A stretch of DNA of 64,000 bases from Candidatus Bathyarchaeota archaeon (GTDB taxonomy: Archaea > Thermoproteota > Bathyarchaeia > Bathyarchaeales > Bathycorpusculaceae), in assembly GCA_963827165.1 (NCBI GenBank), contig CAWGZR010000004.1, positions 96,001-160,000 of the forward strand, written 5' to 3'. Of the stretch, positions 40,321-49,468 are shown one piece after another (positions within the stretch are counted from its first letter, which is position 1; each line of letters begins with the position of its first letter). The notes beneath the pieces are model-generated. The model was not told where the DNA came from. It made no database searches and saw only the letters and a program-made list of their open reading frames with translations. The position numbers and the translations under genes were made by a program.

Positions 40321-40446
40321 TTAAGCCACCTTGCCCGATGTTGCTTTTAGCGCCCGTTGGATGCATGAACTGCCATACCCCGTAAATATGAAGGGTAAGG
40401 TAAACAAACTTAAACACGTTAATAACAGGATTGCCAAATCCAACAT
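40321..40446 (-). CDS. 41-aa hydrophobic small ORF (or sRNA) behind the fifth promoter
   Basis: MLDLAILLLTCLSLFTLPFIFTGYGSSCIQRALKATSGKVA; homologous DNA at 38145-38270. Confidence 0.35.
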   Translation of the reverse strand: MLDLAILLLTCLSLFTLPFIFTGYGSSCIQRALKATSGKVA

Positions 40447-40497
40447 GCCATATCATCCTATTTTGTTTTGCTCTAAAAAACAAAAGTGTTAGGATAA

Positions 40498-40537
40498 AAT
40501 ATAAAGCGATTTGAGAAATGTTCACAAATGTTAAGAA
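40498..40537 (-). promoter_or_regulatory. Palindrome plus TATA promoter (fifth copy)
   Basis: TTCTTAACATTTGTGAACATTTCTCAAATCGCTTTATATT. Confidence 0.65.
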
Positions 40538-40744
40538 TAACTATGCAAGTGTCATGCTCTTCGCAGAAAAAATAAAAAACAAACCAAGGAAACATGTTTT
40601 CATCACTGGTGAGTTGATGAAATTAGGCCAAAAATAGCGCACAAGCAAAACCGCTGCGAAGTCAAGCTTGGTAAGCCTCTTGGGTACCACACCCAAAAAG
40701 AGAAACGAACGCGGCCCAACCCTTCACGGGGGCGGAACTTGTAA

Positions 40745-40821
40745 CGGGCCCGGTAGGGATTTGAACCCACGATCTCCGGCTCCGAAGGCCGACACCTTAA
40801 TCCGTGCTAGGCTACGAGCCC
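40745..40821 (-). tRNA. tRNA-Arg(TCG), with a 1-nt bulge in the T-stem
   Basis: Cloverleaf GGGCTCG/CGGGCCC, anticodon loop CT-TCG-GA, GGTTCAAATCC. Confidence 0.9.
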
Positions 40822-41091
40822 TTTTTCCATATGAAAACACTAGTTCACGGTGTTAAAGGTGATGCTACGGTTTTATTTAGCTTTTACATTGCTTATTACT
40901 CCGTCCTAGGTGCAATTTTACGGGGTAACGTTTTTTCGGCGGCTAATTCGGGGGTTTAATGGGAACCAAAAATTATGTCAAACTCCTAAGGGCTTCACCT
41001 CCGCAATGGTAAATCCAGCTCGAGTCCCTAGCAAGCGCGTTTGAGGAAAGCTTTTAAGAATGATTCTTTAAGAGTCATCCCCGACTGAAAA

Positions 41092-41322
41092 TTGGAAAAT
41101 GAAATTGTCGTAAAGAAGAAAGGTCAAACTACTATACATGTAAAAATCAGAAAGAAGCTGAAAATTGAGGAAGGAACAAGACTAGAAGTAATAAAGACAG
41201 AAGAAGGTGTACTTTTAAAACCTAAAAAATCCTTCTGGGACACTATAGGCTCAGGATCAGAATTTGCCACAGTGGAAGAAATGAATAAGCTGCTAGATAA
41301 GCTAAGGCATGAAGATGAATAA
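41092..41322 (+). CDS. AbrB/MazE-family antitoxin
   Basis: KKGQTTI...IRKKLKIEEG. Confidence 0.85.
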   Translation: MENEIVVKKKGQTTIHVKIRKKLKIEEGTRLEVIKTEEGVLLKPKKSFWDTIGSGSEFATVEEMNKLLDKLRHEDE

Positions 41323-41698
41323 AGCAGTCTATGATACCAGATTCTTTGTCGAATTCTACTACTCGACAAACCAGCCTTTTCGGCGGAAAATAGAGCAGGA
41401 AAAAAGGCGCAGGGACAAATATGTTTCAACCGTGGCAATTCACGAAATATACAACATCACACTTGCCCGCGAAGGGCGGGAAACCGCAAAACTAAGAGCT
41501 ACTCTAATACCGAAGGATTTTCAAGTGATCCCTGTTGACGAGCAAATCGCTCAAGTTTCCGCGGAGCTAAGGTACAAATACAAGTTGTCGATGGGGGACA
41601 GCATGATGGCTGCGACAGCATACACACTTAAAGCTACCTGTATTTCAGACGATCCTCACTTTAAACAAATCAGCGAAATCGAAACAACCTGGACATAG
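41309..41698 (+). CDS. vapC: PIN-domain (VapC) toxin
   Basis: VYDT, HE, SMGDS, SDDPHF; overlaps the antitoxin. Confidence 0.85.
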   Translation: MKMNKAVYDTRFFVEFYYSTNQPFRRKIEQEKRRRDKYVSTVAIHEIYNITLAREGRETAKLRATLIPKDFQVIPVDEQIAQVSAELRYKYKLSMGDSMMAATAYTLKATCISDDPHFKQISEIETTWT

Positions 41699-41868
41699 GA
41701 AAAGCGGCTGCCTCGCAAGCAGCAAGCCGAGAACGCGCAAAGGTGGGAAGCGGGTTAAGAAATTTTTTTCCGCGTGACTCAAAAGCTAACTGAATATCGT
41801 TTGAAAGTTCGGGATCACTGGCATTTCAACGGATTATGAGTGGAGCAAGGGCCGAGCTAGTTTAACTG

Positions 41869-42534
41869 TTACTGAGAAGTGCCGTCACCAAAAGTGACAG
41901 TAAAGTTGAATGAATTTTTAGAGTTGACAGCCGCCTGAACATTATTTATTCTTTGTTCTATAGTTGGATGGGTATGAGGAAGTAATTTGAAAAGCAAACT
42001 TGTTTTTTGTGGACGAAGCGTCGCCAAGGCGGATATAACGGCGGCTGCACCGACGAACTCGGCGGCACTTAGGTCGGATTCAGTTTCTTGTTTTCTAAAC
42101 CATTTAGCGTTAACATAATACGAGCAAAACAAAAAGAAAATGAAAGACAAAACCACTGCCGATGCCATGTACAGAAATGAGGCAGAGTCAATTAAAAACA
42201 GGTAACCTATCACAACAGCGAGTACCGCTGCGGGAAGAACCGTTCGAGGTAGCCTCTTTGCAATATGCCGTTTTGCTATGTGGTTAAATTCGTGGGCGCC
42301 AATTGCGAGGACCTCATCGGGCGAGAGCATTTGGTAATAATTGGAGTTGAAGACAAGTGCGTCGGAGTAGGCTAAGCAGGGAATGGGAAGAATACTTGAT
42401 TTGTAATAGCGTTGGAGCTTATTTTTTTTGAGGATTGATGTTGCTTTCATACTCTCGGCTAGTGTGTCGAGTGCTTGCATTTCAAATGGTTGTGCTCTAA
42501 GCAACCGCACCATAATGGAGCTCATAAATCCCAT
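41869..42534 (-). CDS. M48-family zinc metallopeptidase
   Basis: AHEFNH, E..SD, THP..EQR, TM hairpin. Confidence 0.75.
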   Translation of the reverse strand: MGFMSSIMVRLLRAQPFEMQALDTLAESMKATSILKKNKLQRYYKSSILPIPCLAYSDALVFNSNYYQMLSPDEVLAIGAHEFNHIAKRHIAKRLPRTVLPAAVLAVVIGYLFLIDSASFLYMASAVVLSFIFFLFCSYYVNAKWFRKQETESDLSAAEFVGAAAVISALATLRPQKTSLLFKLLPHTHPTIEQRINNVQAAVNSKNSFNFTVTFGDGTSQ

Positions 42535-42606
42535 TTTCCATCATCCAAACGATTGATGGCTACTATAATGGGTCTTGACTTTTAAGAGCGTACGTGTGTT
42601 ACAACC

Positions 42607-42744
42607 TTACCTATACTTATGAGAATTAGATAAAACACAAACCCTGTTGTTGACAAAGTCCTTCTCAGTGAGATCCTTAGTGAATTCTTCTAATTCGCTA
42701 ATAGCATCATAGATATCTTTGAAATACAACTTGAGGTTTCTCAT
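42607..42744 (-). pseudogene. Truncated HEPN (DUF86/HepT) toxin
   Basis: MRNLKLYFKDIYDAISELEEFT coupled to MNT, stops after 45 aa. Confidence 0.65.
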
Positions 42745-43046
42745 ATGGGCGTGGCTTCTTGCAGAATTTGATCTCGAATGCTGCTTTTTATCGAGTCTTT
42801 GGGAACAAGATCTACCTTTTTGTGTAATCTCTTGATCAGGAATTCCTTAAGGTCTAGGAACTCCCAAAGGTCATAAGGCGCAGAAAAAGATACTATGAGA
42901 TCAATGTCACTGTTATTTGTCTGTTCCCCTCGCGCATAGGAGCCGAATATTTTTATCGATTCCACTTTGAAACACTCTTTAAGCGTAGGTTCCAGAACTT
43001 TGAGTTGGCATCTAATTTGATCAACTGATTTTGGCGTTTGTTTCAT
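42741..43046 (-). CDS. Minimal nucleotidyltransferase (MntA-type antitoxin)
   Basis: FGSYARGEQTNNSDIDL, KKVDLV. Confidence 0.88.
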   Translation of the reverse strand: MKQTPKSVDQIRCQLKVLEPTLKECFKVESIKIFGSYARGEQTNNSDIDLIVSFSAPYDLWEFLDLKEFLIKRLHKKVDLVPKDSIKSSIRDQILQEATPI

Positions 43047-43121
43047 TTAGCCTACCTATTTTACTAGCTTATTCTAGTTGTTTATCCTTAAAACGCTTTC
43101 ACTTAATGATTTCTTCGCGAT

Positions 43122-43322
43122 CTAGGCAATTAGATGCGTATGACAATGCGGCCCTATGTCCTCTTTTTTCAAATCGGGATAGTCTTCTAATATTTCAGTT
43201 TCCGTGGCACCGTTCGCTAAGAGTTGAGTAATAAGATTAACCGTGATGCGAGTACTTTTGATGACTGGCTTGCCAACCATTATTTCAGGGTCTATAATGA
43301 TCCTGTCCATCAGCTCGTCCAT
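43122..43322 (-). pseudogene. DUF433 antitoxin, frameshifted near the C-terminus
   Basis: RIIIDPEIMVGKPVI..TRI; the expected AALSYA lies in another frame. Confidence 0.7.
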
Positions 43323-43760
43323 TCAAATCACTTGTTCTTATTGACGTTATCAGAGAATGTCTTATCGGCTGGGAAATATATGAGGATATACAAGAATGTT
43401 AATATTTCCGAATTTAAAGAGCCATTGGCTACCCAGAGTCAAAAAACCTTCCCGAATGCCGCAAAAAAAGGAACGGCAAACCAAATAATTGGAGTCTTTT
43501 AGCCGAAGCCAAAACTTGACTTTACATCACAATTCCAACGTAGGTGTGCTTGCGTTTGCGCCTCTCAAAGGAAACTAAAAAGGATAGGTGTTGTCGTTGG
43601 CAGCAGAAAACTTAAGGGCGATTTCACCGTAGCGGATGAATGACGTGATAGACCTCGAGCCCAATGCTCAACCTTACAAAGGGGGGATGGGGGCGCGTTA
43701 AAGCGTTCACGGCAATTCTTATAAACTAACAGAATATTTAACTTCAGTGCTCGATTAGGT

Positions 43761-43838
43761 GGGCCGGTAGCTCAGCACGGCTGGAGCGTTCGACTGATAA
43801 TCGAAAGGTCGGCAGTTCAAATCCGCCTCGGCCCACCA
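43761..43838 (+). tRNA. tRNA-Ile(GAT)
   Basis: GGGCCGG acceptor, TTCGA-CTGATAA-TCGAA, GTTCAAATC, encoded CCA. Confidence 0.93.
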
Positions 43839-43848
43839 CTTTCAATAA

Positions 43849-44172
43849 TCATTTGCTGATCTTTTTTATTTGTTCATGGAATTTGTTGGCGATGTAATCA
43901 TATTCATGCGAGTCGGCGAACCTGTACCATTGGTTCCAGTAGTAGCTGTTTGCTTTTTGCTGCAAGTCTTTTCTGTGCGATAGTTCTTCCCGCGTCAGGG
44001 GGTTTTTAAGGAAATGGATTTTTCGGTTCAGTCTGTAAAGTTCCAGAAAAGTCAGTAACAGTAGAAAAGCTCCTATAGGGTAAGCTTTCGCGGCAAAACA
44101 AAGATAAGCGAGAGCTATTTCTATGAGAAGATACAGTGCGCTAAGAAAGAACGATGTTTTGATGTGCCGCAT
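43849..44172 (-). CDS. Hypothetical two-TM protein
   Basis: 107-aa ORF with hydrophobic N-terminal half. Confidence 0.5.
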   Translation of the reverse strand: MRHIKTSFFLSALYLLIEIALAYLCFAAKAYPIGAFLLLLTFLELYRLNRKIHFLKNPLTREELSHRKDLQQKANSYYWNQWYRFADSHEYDYIANKFHEQIKKISK

Positions 44173-44266
44173 AGCCTATCCTGTTGTTGTCATATGTATT
44201 TATTTTTTTAGCACCCAGCCATTTCCAAATCTGTCAGCGAATCGATGAACATCTTTGCCGACCTAC

Positions 44267-45184
44267 TTATTTCTCAAGGTCTCTTAGCGTTGGACTAATC
44301 GGCTTCTCTAAAGGCATAATCTGTATGATTACAGGTTTTTTTGAGCGCGAGCCAAAATTTATAGCGTAAACTTTTGATAGCTCAGCTCCGAAGAATGCGA
44401 TTTGGTTGAGGATGTAAATCCACAGCAAGATGATAAAGAGTGAGCCTGCGGCGCCGACGATTGTGGTCACGGTGAAGGTTGCAATGTAGGTTCCGATGAT
44501 ATAGTTTGTCACTGTGAAAGCTCCTCCCGCGACCAAGGCCGCCAGGGTTACGTCTTTCCAGCGGACTTTAGCCTCGGGAATCATTTTGTATACAATGGCG
44601 AAAAGCAGTGTAGATAGGGCGAACGAAACGATGACTTGGGCAAACATGAGGGAAATGTGTGTTAGAACGATATTTATCGATAACAACCGTATCGCGTCAA
44701 ACAGGAAAGTGGCGATCTGCGCTGAAGCCACCACGATTAAACCAAGAGAGGAGACAAGAACAAACGGACCAATCCAACGTCTAATTTTGCCCGTTAATCT
44801 TCTGCTCCGCAGCGGCTTGTACTCCCAAATAGTGTCCATCGTGTCCCGTAAAACCGCAAAGGCTCCTACTCGCACCCCCAAAGAAAAAGCCACAACGGTA
44901 ACGGAAGTCCAAAGAGACATAAATGGCGATGAAGCATTTGCAAGCAAAACCCTAAATAATTCTGCGATTGCGGGTCCAGCGAATGCACTTATTTGTTGAA
45001 TCAACAATTGGAAGGCTTGAGCTTGCCCATAGAATAACGAGAAAATCGAAACCACAATTAGCAACAACGACGGAAGGGGCAGAATTATGAAAAAAGTCAA
45101 TGCCGCGGCTCTAAGCGGTATGCTGTCTTCTCGCCAATCCCTAAGAGAAGTACCGAACAATTGCGTTACGTCTTTTCGGTTCAT
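44267..45184 (-). CDS. YihY/BrkB family membrane protein
   Basis: AAALTFF, DTIW, IYKMIP, LLWIY...FGAE. Confidence 0.88.
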   Translation of the reverse strand: MNRKDVTQLFGTSLRDWREDSIPLRAAALTFFIILPLPSLLLIVVSIFSLFYGQAQAFQLLIQQISAFAGPAIAELFRVLLANASSPFMSLWTSVTVVAFSLGVRVGAFAVLRDTMDTIWEYKPLRSRRLTGKIRRWIGPFVLVSSLGLIVVASAQIATFLFDAIRLLSINIVLTHISLMFAQVIVSFALSTLLFAIVYKMIPEAKVRWKDVTLAALVAGGAFTVTNYIIGTYIATFTVTTIVGAAGSLFIILLWIYILNQIAFFGAELSKVYAINFGSRSKKPVIIQIMPLEKPISPTLRDLEK

Positions 45185-45371
45185 GCAACTATCCTAAAAC
45201 CTAATTAAAATACCCTCTCAGGTTCACCAACCATTGTAGCGTGTATATTTCTATGTGGGAGTAAAAGCGCAACCACAAACATGCAAGAAAAGGATCCATC
45301 CACTGAACCTAAAGCTGAAATTTAACCTCCAAAAAAGCGGTTGCTTCGTTAAACTCAACAATTTTGAGTGG

Positions 45372-46529
45372 TTAGCTTGACTTTTCATCTTTCTTTTTCT
45401 TACGGCCAGTCTTAATGATGACGCTCACTTGGACACTGCCAGCTTCAGGCTCTTCTTGTTCCGACGCCGCTTCGACTTTCGCAGAGGATGAATCCTCACT
45501 TTTGGCTGCGTTTTCATTATTCCCAGATGGAACAATCGCGGATTGCTTGAACTCCTCAATCACCGCAGCCGTTTCCGCTTTTTCTTTCGTTTCTTCAGTC
45601 AGACCCTTTGTCGCCACTTCAATTTGCTCGTCGACCTTCTCGAAAGATTCCAAGAGTTTCTCCGCTTTCCCGGATAAATGGAAAGATGGGTGCGGCCCCA
45701 CTGTTGTTGCATAGACTTTGGAGATTTCGGCGCCGAAAAGCATAATCTGATTTAGTATGTATATCCAGAGAAGAATAATCAAGAGCGAACCCGCGGCGCC
45801 AGCGATTGTTGAGACATGGAAAGTTTGAATGTACCAACCGAGTACGTAATTGACTACGGTGAATGCAACGCCAGCCAATATCGCGGGGAAAGCCACATCT
45901 TCCCAATGCACTCTTCTTTCTGGAAGAACCTTGTAGATTATGGCGAAAAGCAGAGTCGATAAACCAAACGACAACAAGATCTGGGTTGCAGTAAGAGTAA
46001 TCAACGTTAGCGTTCCGTTTATTGAGTAGAATTTGATTGCGTCAAACAAAGCTTCTGAAATAACCGTTCCCGCGATGACAACCAATCCGAGAGAAGAAAC
46101 CAGCAAGAACGGCCCGATTGTATCCCTGACTCTGACGGAAATCTTCTTTGTTTGAGGCAATTTAACCGCCCAAACAACATTCATTGTGTCTCTTAAAATT
46201 GCGAAGGTGCCGATTGCTCCAGCTAAAGAGAATCCAACCACAGTGATCGCTGCCCAAACAGAGGTGAAAGGCGACGTCGCACTTGCCAAGAGTTCATTGA
46301 ACAATTGAGCGACGACGGGTCCTGCAAGCGAACTTATTAGCTGAACTAGTTGTTGGGTTGCTTGGCTTTGACCGTAGAACTGCGCAAGAAGAGTCACAAC
46401 AATCAGCAAAAGAGACGGCAGAGGCAAGATTATGAAGAAGGTTAAAGCAGCTGCCCGTATAGGTGCGTTGTCACCCGCCCATCCTTTGAATGAAGTTAGA
46501 AACAAGTCAACAAGCTGATTTCGATTCAT
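45372..46529 (-). CDS. YihY/BrkB family membrane protein, tandem paralog with acidic tail
   Basis: Same motifs and extensive identity to 44267..45184. Confidence 0.88.
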   Translation of the reverse strand: MNRNQLVDLFLTSFKGWAGDNAPIRAAALTFFIILPLPSLLLIVVTLLAQFYGQSQATQQLVQLISSLAGPVVAQLFNELLASATSPFTSVWAAITVVGFSLAGAIGTFAILRDTMNVVWAVKLPQTKKISVRVRDTIGPFLLVSSLGLVVIAGTVISEALFDAIKFYSINGTLTLITLTATQILLSFGLSTLLFAIIYKVLPERRVHWEDVAFPAILAGVAFTVVNYVLGWYIQTFHVSTIAGAAGSLLIILLWIYILNQIMLFGAEISKVYATTVGPHPSFHLSGKAEKLLESFEKVDEQIEVATKGLTEETKEKAETAAVIEEFKQSAIVPSGNNENAAKSEDSSSAKVEAASEQEEPEAGSVQVSVIIKTGRKKKKDEKSS

Positions 46530-46699
46530 AATTTAACCTGAAAACTCTTTAAAAAACGTCTAAATTCTCAAGTACCTTCGGCGCTTATATTTATATTGCG
46601 GTAAAAGGGCAGGCATGGAAGCCCTGTTTCCCGGTTTATTAGGAACCGAAAGGCTTAAAATAAAAAACAAAAGAATAATCAATTAAGGAGTTTTTTGTT

Positions 46700-47080
46700 T
46701 TGACATCAGATGATGAAATTCTTGCAGAGTTAAAGAAAATTAGAGAAGCCGTTGAAAAGGGTCCGCCTCCAACGCCGCCGAAAGGATTATGGAACGAGTT
46801 CAAAGAATTTCTAAAATCGTACAAAGTTCTTGGCTTAGCAGTTGCGTTCGTCTTGGGTTTGTATCTTGGCGCTTTGGTTCAATCAGTCGTTAAAGACTTC
46901 ATAATTCCGCTCTTGGGCTTAGCGATTCCAGGCTTGACAAACTTAGCTACCTATATGACTTCAGTTGGGAAACAGTCGTTTGGCATCGGCGACTTTCTAG
47001 TGGCGCTGATCACTTTCATTATAGTGGCACTAATAGTGTTCCTAATAGTGAAAATCGCCAAAAGAATGAAAATCGACTAA
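46700..47080 (+). CDS. mscL: Large-conductance mechanosensitive channel family protein
   Basis: EFKEFL..VLGLAVAFVLG...LVQSVVKDFIIP...GDFL.ALITF. Confidence 0.85.
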   Translation: MTSDDEILAELKKIREAVEKGPPPTPPKGLWNEFKEFLKSYKVLGLAVAFVLGLYLGALVQSVVKDFIIPLLGLAIPGLTNLATYMTSVGKQSFGIGDFLVALITFIIVALIVFLIVKIAKRMKID

Positions 47081-47254
47081 ATTCGAAATCTATTTTTCCT
47101 TTTCTTTTTTTTGAAAATCAACGGCGCGCGAATTTTTTTAGAAAAATCGTCGATACTGCATTCTCTAAAGTGCTCAACAGGCTCAAGGTAACGGTCAAAT
47201 TTCCAAGATTTTGGGTCTTTCTCGCCGACTTTAACGGTACTCTATTAAGCATGG

Positions 47255-48280
47255 ATGAAAGTTCTTAGACTGAAAAGCATGCCTCAACCCTCACCCGAAA
47301 CAGTCTGGGAATCCAGCAAAAAAGAACTTTTAGCCATGCTGGAATCGGGTTCTTTATCCCCTTTAACCCAGGAAATCCGTTTCTACGCGCCCAGCTTTAC
47401 CTACTACAAAACAAAGTATTTTTGTTCGTCGTCATCGAGTTTCCCGACGATTTCTGTGACAGGCACGAGCTGCGCTTTGAATTGCAAACATTGCGGAGGC
47501 AAAGTTCTTGAAACCATGCAGGCTGCACTTCAGCCAGACGAATTATTCGAATTATGTTCCAATCTTAAACGGGATGGGGCTAGGGGCTGTCTTGTCAGTG
47601 GCGGATGCTTGCCCGATGGATCTGTGCCTCTTGACAGGTTCGTGGAAGCGCTTGGGAAAATCAAGAGGGAACTCGGCTTAACCGTTTTCGTTCACACAGG
47701 AATAATAAAACCTCAAACAGCCGCTGAACTCAAAAAGTCGGGGGTCGATGCGGCTTTGATTGATGTCATAGGCTCTGAAGAAACGACTAGAAAAGTCCTC
47801 AATCTAAACGTAACCCCAAAAGACTACGAGGATTCTCTGTTCGCTCTAGAAAAGACAGGGATCAATTTTGTGCCGCATGTTATTGTTGGGCTAAACGAAG
47901 GCAAATTAAACGGCGAATTAGAATCCCTCAAAATGATAGCTGCAGTTAAGCCCTCTGCTTTGGTCATAATAGCGTTTATGCCCATTCATGGAACAGCCAT
48001 GGAGAAAACTGCGCCGCCAAATCCTGAAGACATAGCCAGAGTCGCCGCCACGGCGCGACTAATGTTCCCCAAGACGCCGCTGATTCTAGGCTGTATGAGG
48101 CCCAAAGGCAAAGCTTGTGTTGAAACCGATGTTTTAGCGTTGAAAGCGGGGGTGGACGCGGTAGCCTTCCCGAGTGAAAACGCGGTTGAATATGCTCGAA
48201 ACAAGGGGTGGAAGACTTCGTTTTCATCTTTTTGCTGCGCACAAATGTATTTGTATGCAGCTGGGAAAGCAGAAGAGTAA
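47255..48280 (+). CDS. Radical SAM protein
   Basis: CALNCKHC, LVSGG, LGCMRP, terminal CC. Confidence 0.85.
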   Translation: MKVLRLKSMPQPSPETVWESSKKELLAMLESGSLSPLTQEIRFYAPSFTYYKTKYFCSSSSSFPTISVTGTSCALNCKHCGGKVLETMQAALQPDELFELCSNLKRDGARGCLVSGGCLPDGSVPLDRFVEALGKIKRELGLTVFVHTGIIKPQTAAELKKSGVDAALIDVIGSEETTRKVLNLNVTPKDYEDSLFALEKTGINFVPHVIVGLNEGKLNGELESLKMIAAVKPSALVIIAFMPIHGTAMEKTAPPNPEDIARVAATARLMFPKTPLILGCMRPKGKACVETDVLALKAGVDAVAFPSENAVEYARNKGWKTSFSSFCCAQMYLYAAGKAEE

Positions 48281-48883
48281 TCAATCTTTGGTTTGCTTTA
48301 GGATTCTGTAGCCGACGGCGATGGCCCATGCTGAAACAGCAAGTGCTGAAATTGTTTCTGGAATCGCTACATTCGGGGCATACCGGAATGCTGCCAGTAT
48401 TATCCATGGCATAGCGGCGATAATCCCGACGGCGAGAGTGGAAAACGCTGATCGTTTCTGATGTGAAAGGGCAAAAGCACATGTAATAATGAAAAGTGAA
48501 ATTGGAGTTAAAACAAAGAATGCGACTGAAAAGGCGAAGTGGGTTCCAGAGAAGCTTTCGTTAAAGATGCCGATGCAAATAAGGGCCACGGTAGCTGCGG
48601 CAAATGTTAAGGCGCCTGCTTTGCCAACAAGGGTTTTCCCAAGATAGCCGTATAAACCAAAAAGCGCAGAAACTAACCCCAAAAAACCGCTTGTATAGAG
48701 CCCGAAGTTGAAAAGCGGGCCAGTGAAGCCTTTTACCACGCCTAAATCGCTTAGGGCATTGTTTGTCCAGCTGAACGAGGGGTAAGACGCGATGGCTAAA
48801 AGAATGCAGGTGAACGCGAGCACAGGAGCTAAAATCCCCGCTACAGCACCCAACTTTTGTCTACCCTTGTTCCCGAAAACCAA
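48281..48883 (-). CDS. DUF998 membrane protein
   Basis: FSWTNNALSDLG, IGIF.E...H, AIPE. Confidence 0.75.
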   Translation of the reverse strand: MVFGNKGRQKLGAVAGILAPVLAFTCILLAIASYPSFSWTNNALSDLGVVKGFTGPLFNFGLYTSGFLGLVSALFGLYGYLGKTLVGKAGALTFAAATVALICIGIFNESFSGTHFAFSVAFFVLTPISLFIITCAFALSHQKRSAFSTLAVGIIAAMPWIILAAFRYAPNVAIPETISALAVSAWAIAVGYRILKQTKD

Positions 48884-49262
48884 CTTGAATCCCTAAGCAA
48901 CTTTAATGGCGGCAAACTGCTTTAAGAATTTGCGCCCCTCCACAGCTACATTGGATACCAAATTACCCGCCCGTAAAACAAGCAATAATCCAACGCAGTC
49001 GGCGAGACTGAGAATTCACTGAAAAAGAAACCAAGCTGATGCTGCAAGGCACATCTCCCGCATAACTTTGTGCAGACAAAGTTGAAAGATAAAAACTCTC
49101 AGCCTCACGGAATATATCAAAGAATAGCCACGTAATCTAGGCGCACTTCTCAACAGGAGATAACATAAGGAACCACAAAAGCCGCGGAAAAAACAGCCTT
49201 TTAAGCAGCTTTTTGCAAACCAAAAGCGAAAGGTTAATAATGGAATGTTTAGGTGTAATGTT

Positions 49263-49386
49263 TGGTTTGCCGGTCAAAGGGCACGGGTTCCACCTGATCC
49301 CATTCCGAACTCAGAAGTTAAACCGTGTTCCGTTTCCAGCTGTAGTGTGGTCTTCGGCCATGTGAACCTGGGAAAGCTGGCAACCA
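49263..49386 (+). rRNA. rrf: 5S rRNA (stand-alone)
   Basis: CACCTGATCCCATTCCGAACTCAGAAGTTAA core, terminal helix TTGCCGG/CTGGCAA, upstream TATA, T-rich end. Confidence 0.92.
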
Positions 49387-49468
49387 CTTTTCTTCCTAAA
49401 ATTATGTGGGTAGATTTGGCATAGCTTTATAACTGAGATTTAATGTTTTTTGAGAAGTGGTGTAATAA

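Noticed and set aside
40148-40525. 125-aa minus-strand ORF
   Set aside because: It starts inside the conserved promoter motif and has no recognisable features; a shorter product after the TATA is more plausible.
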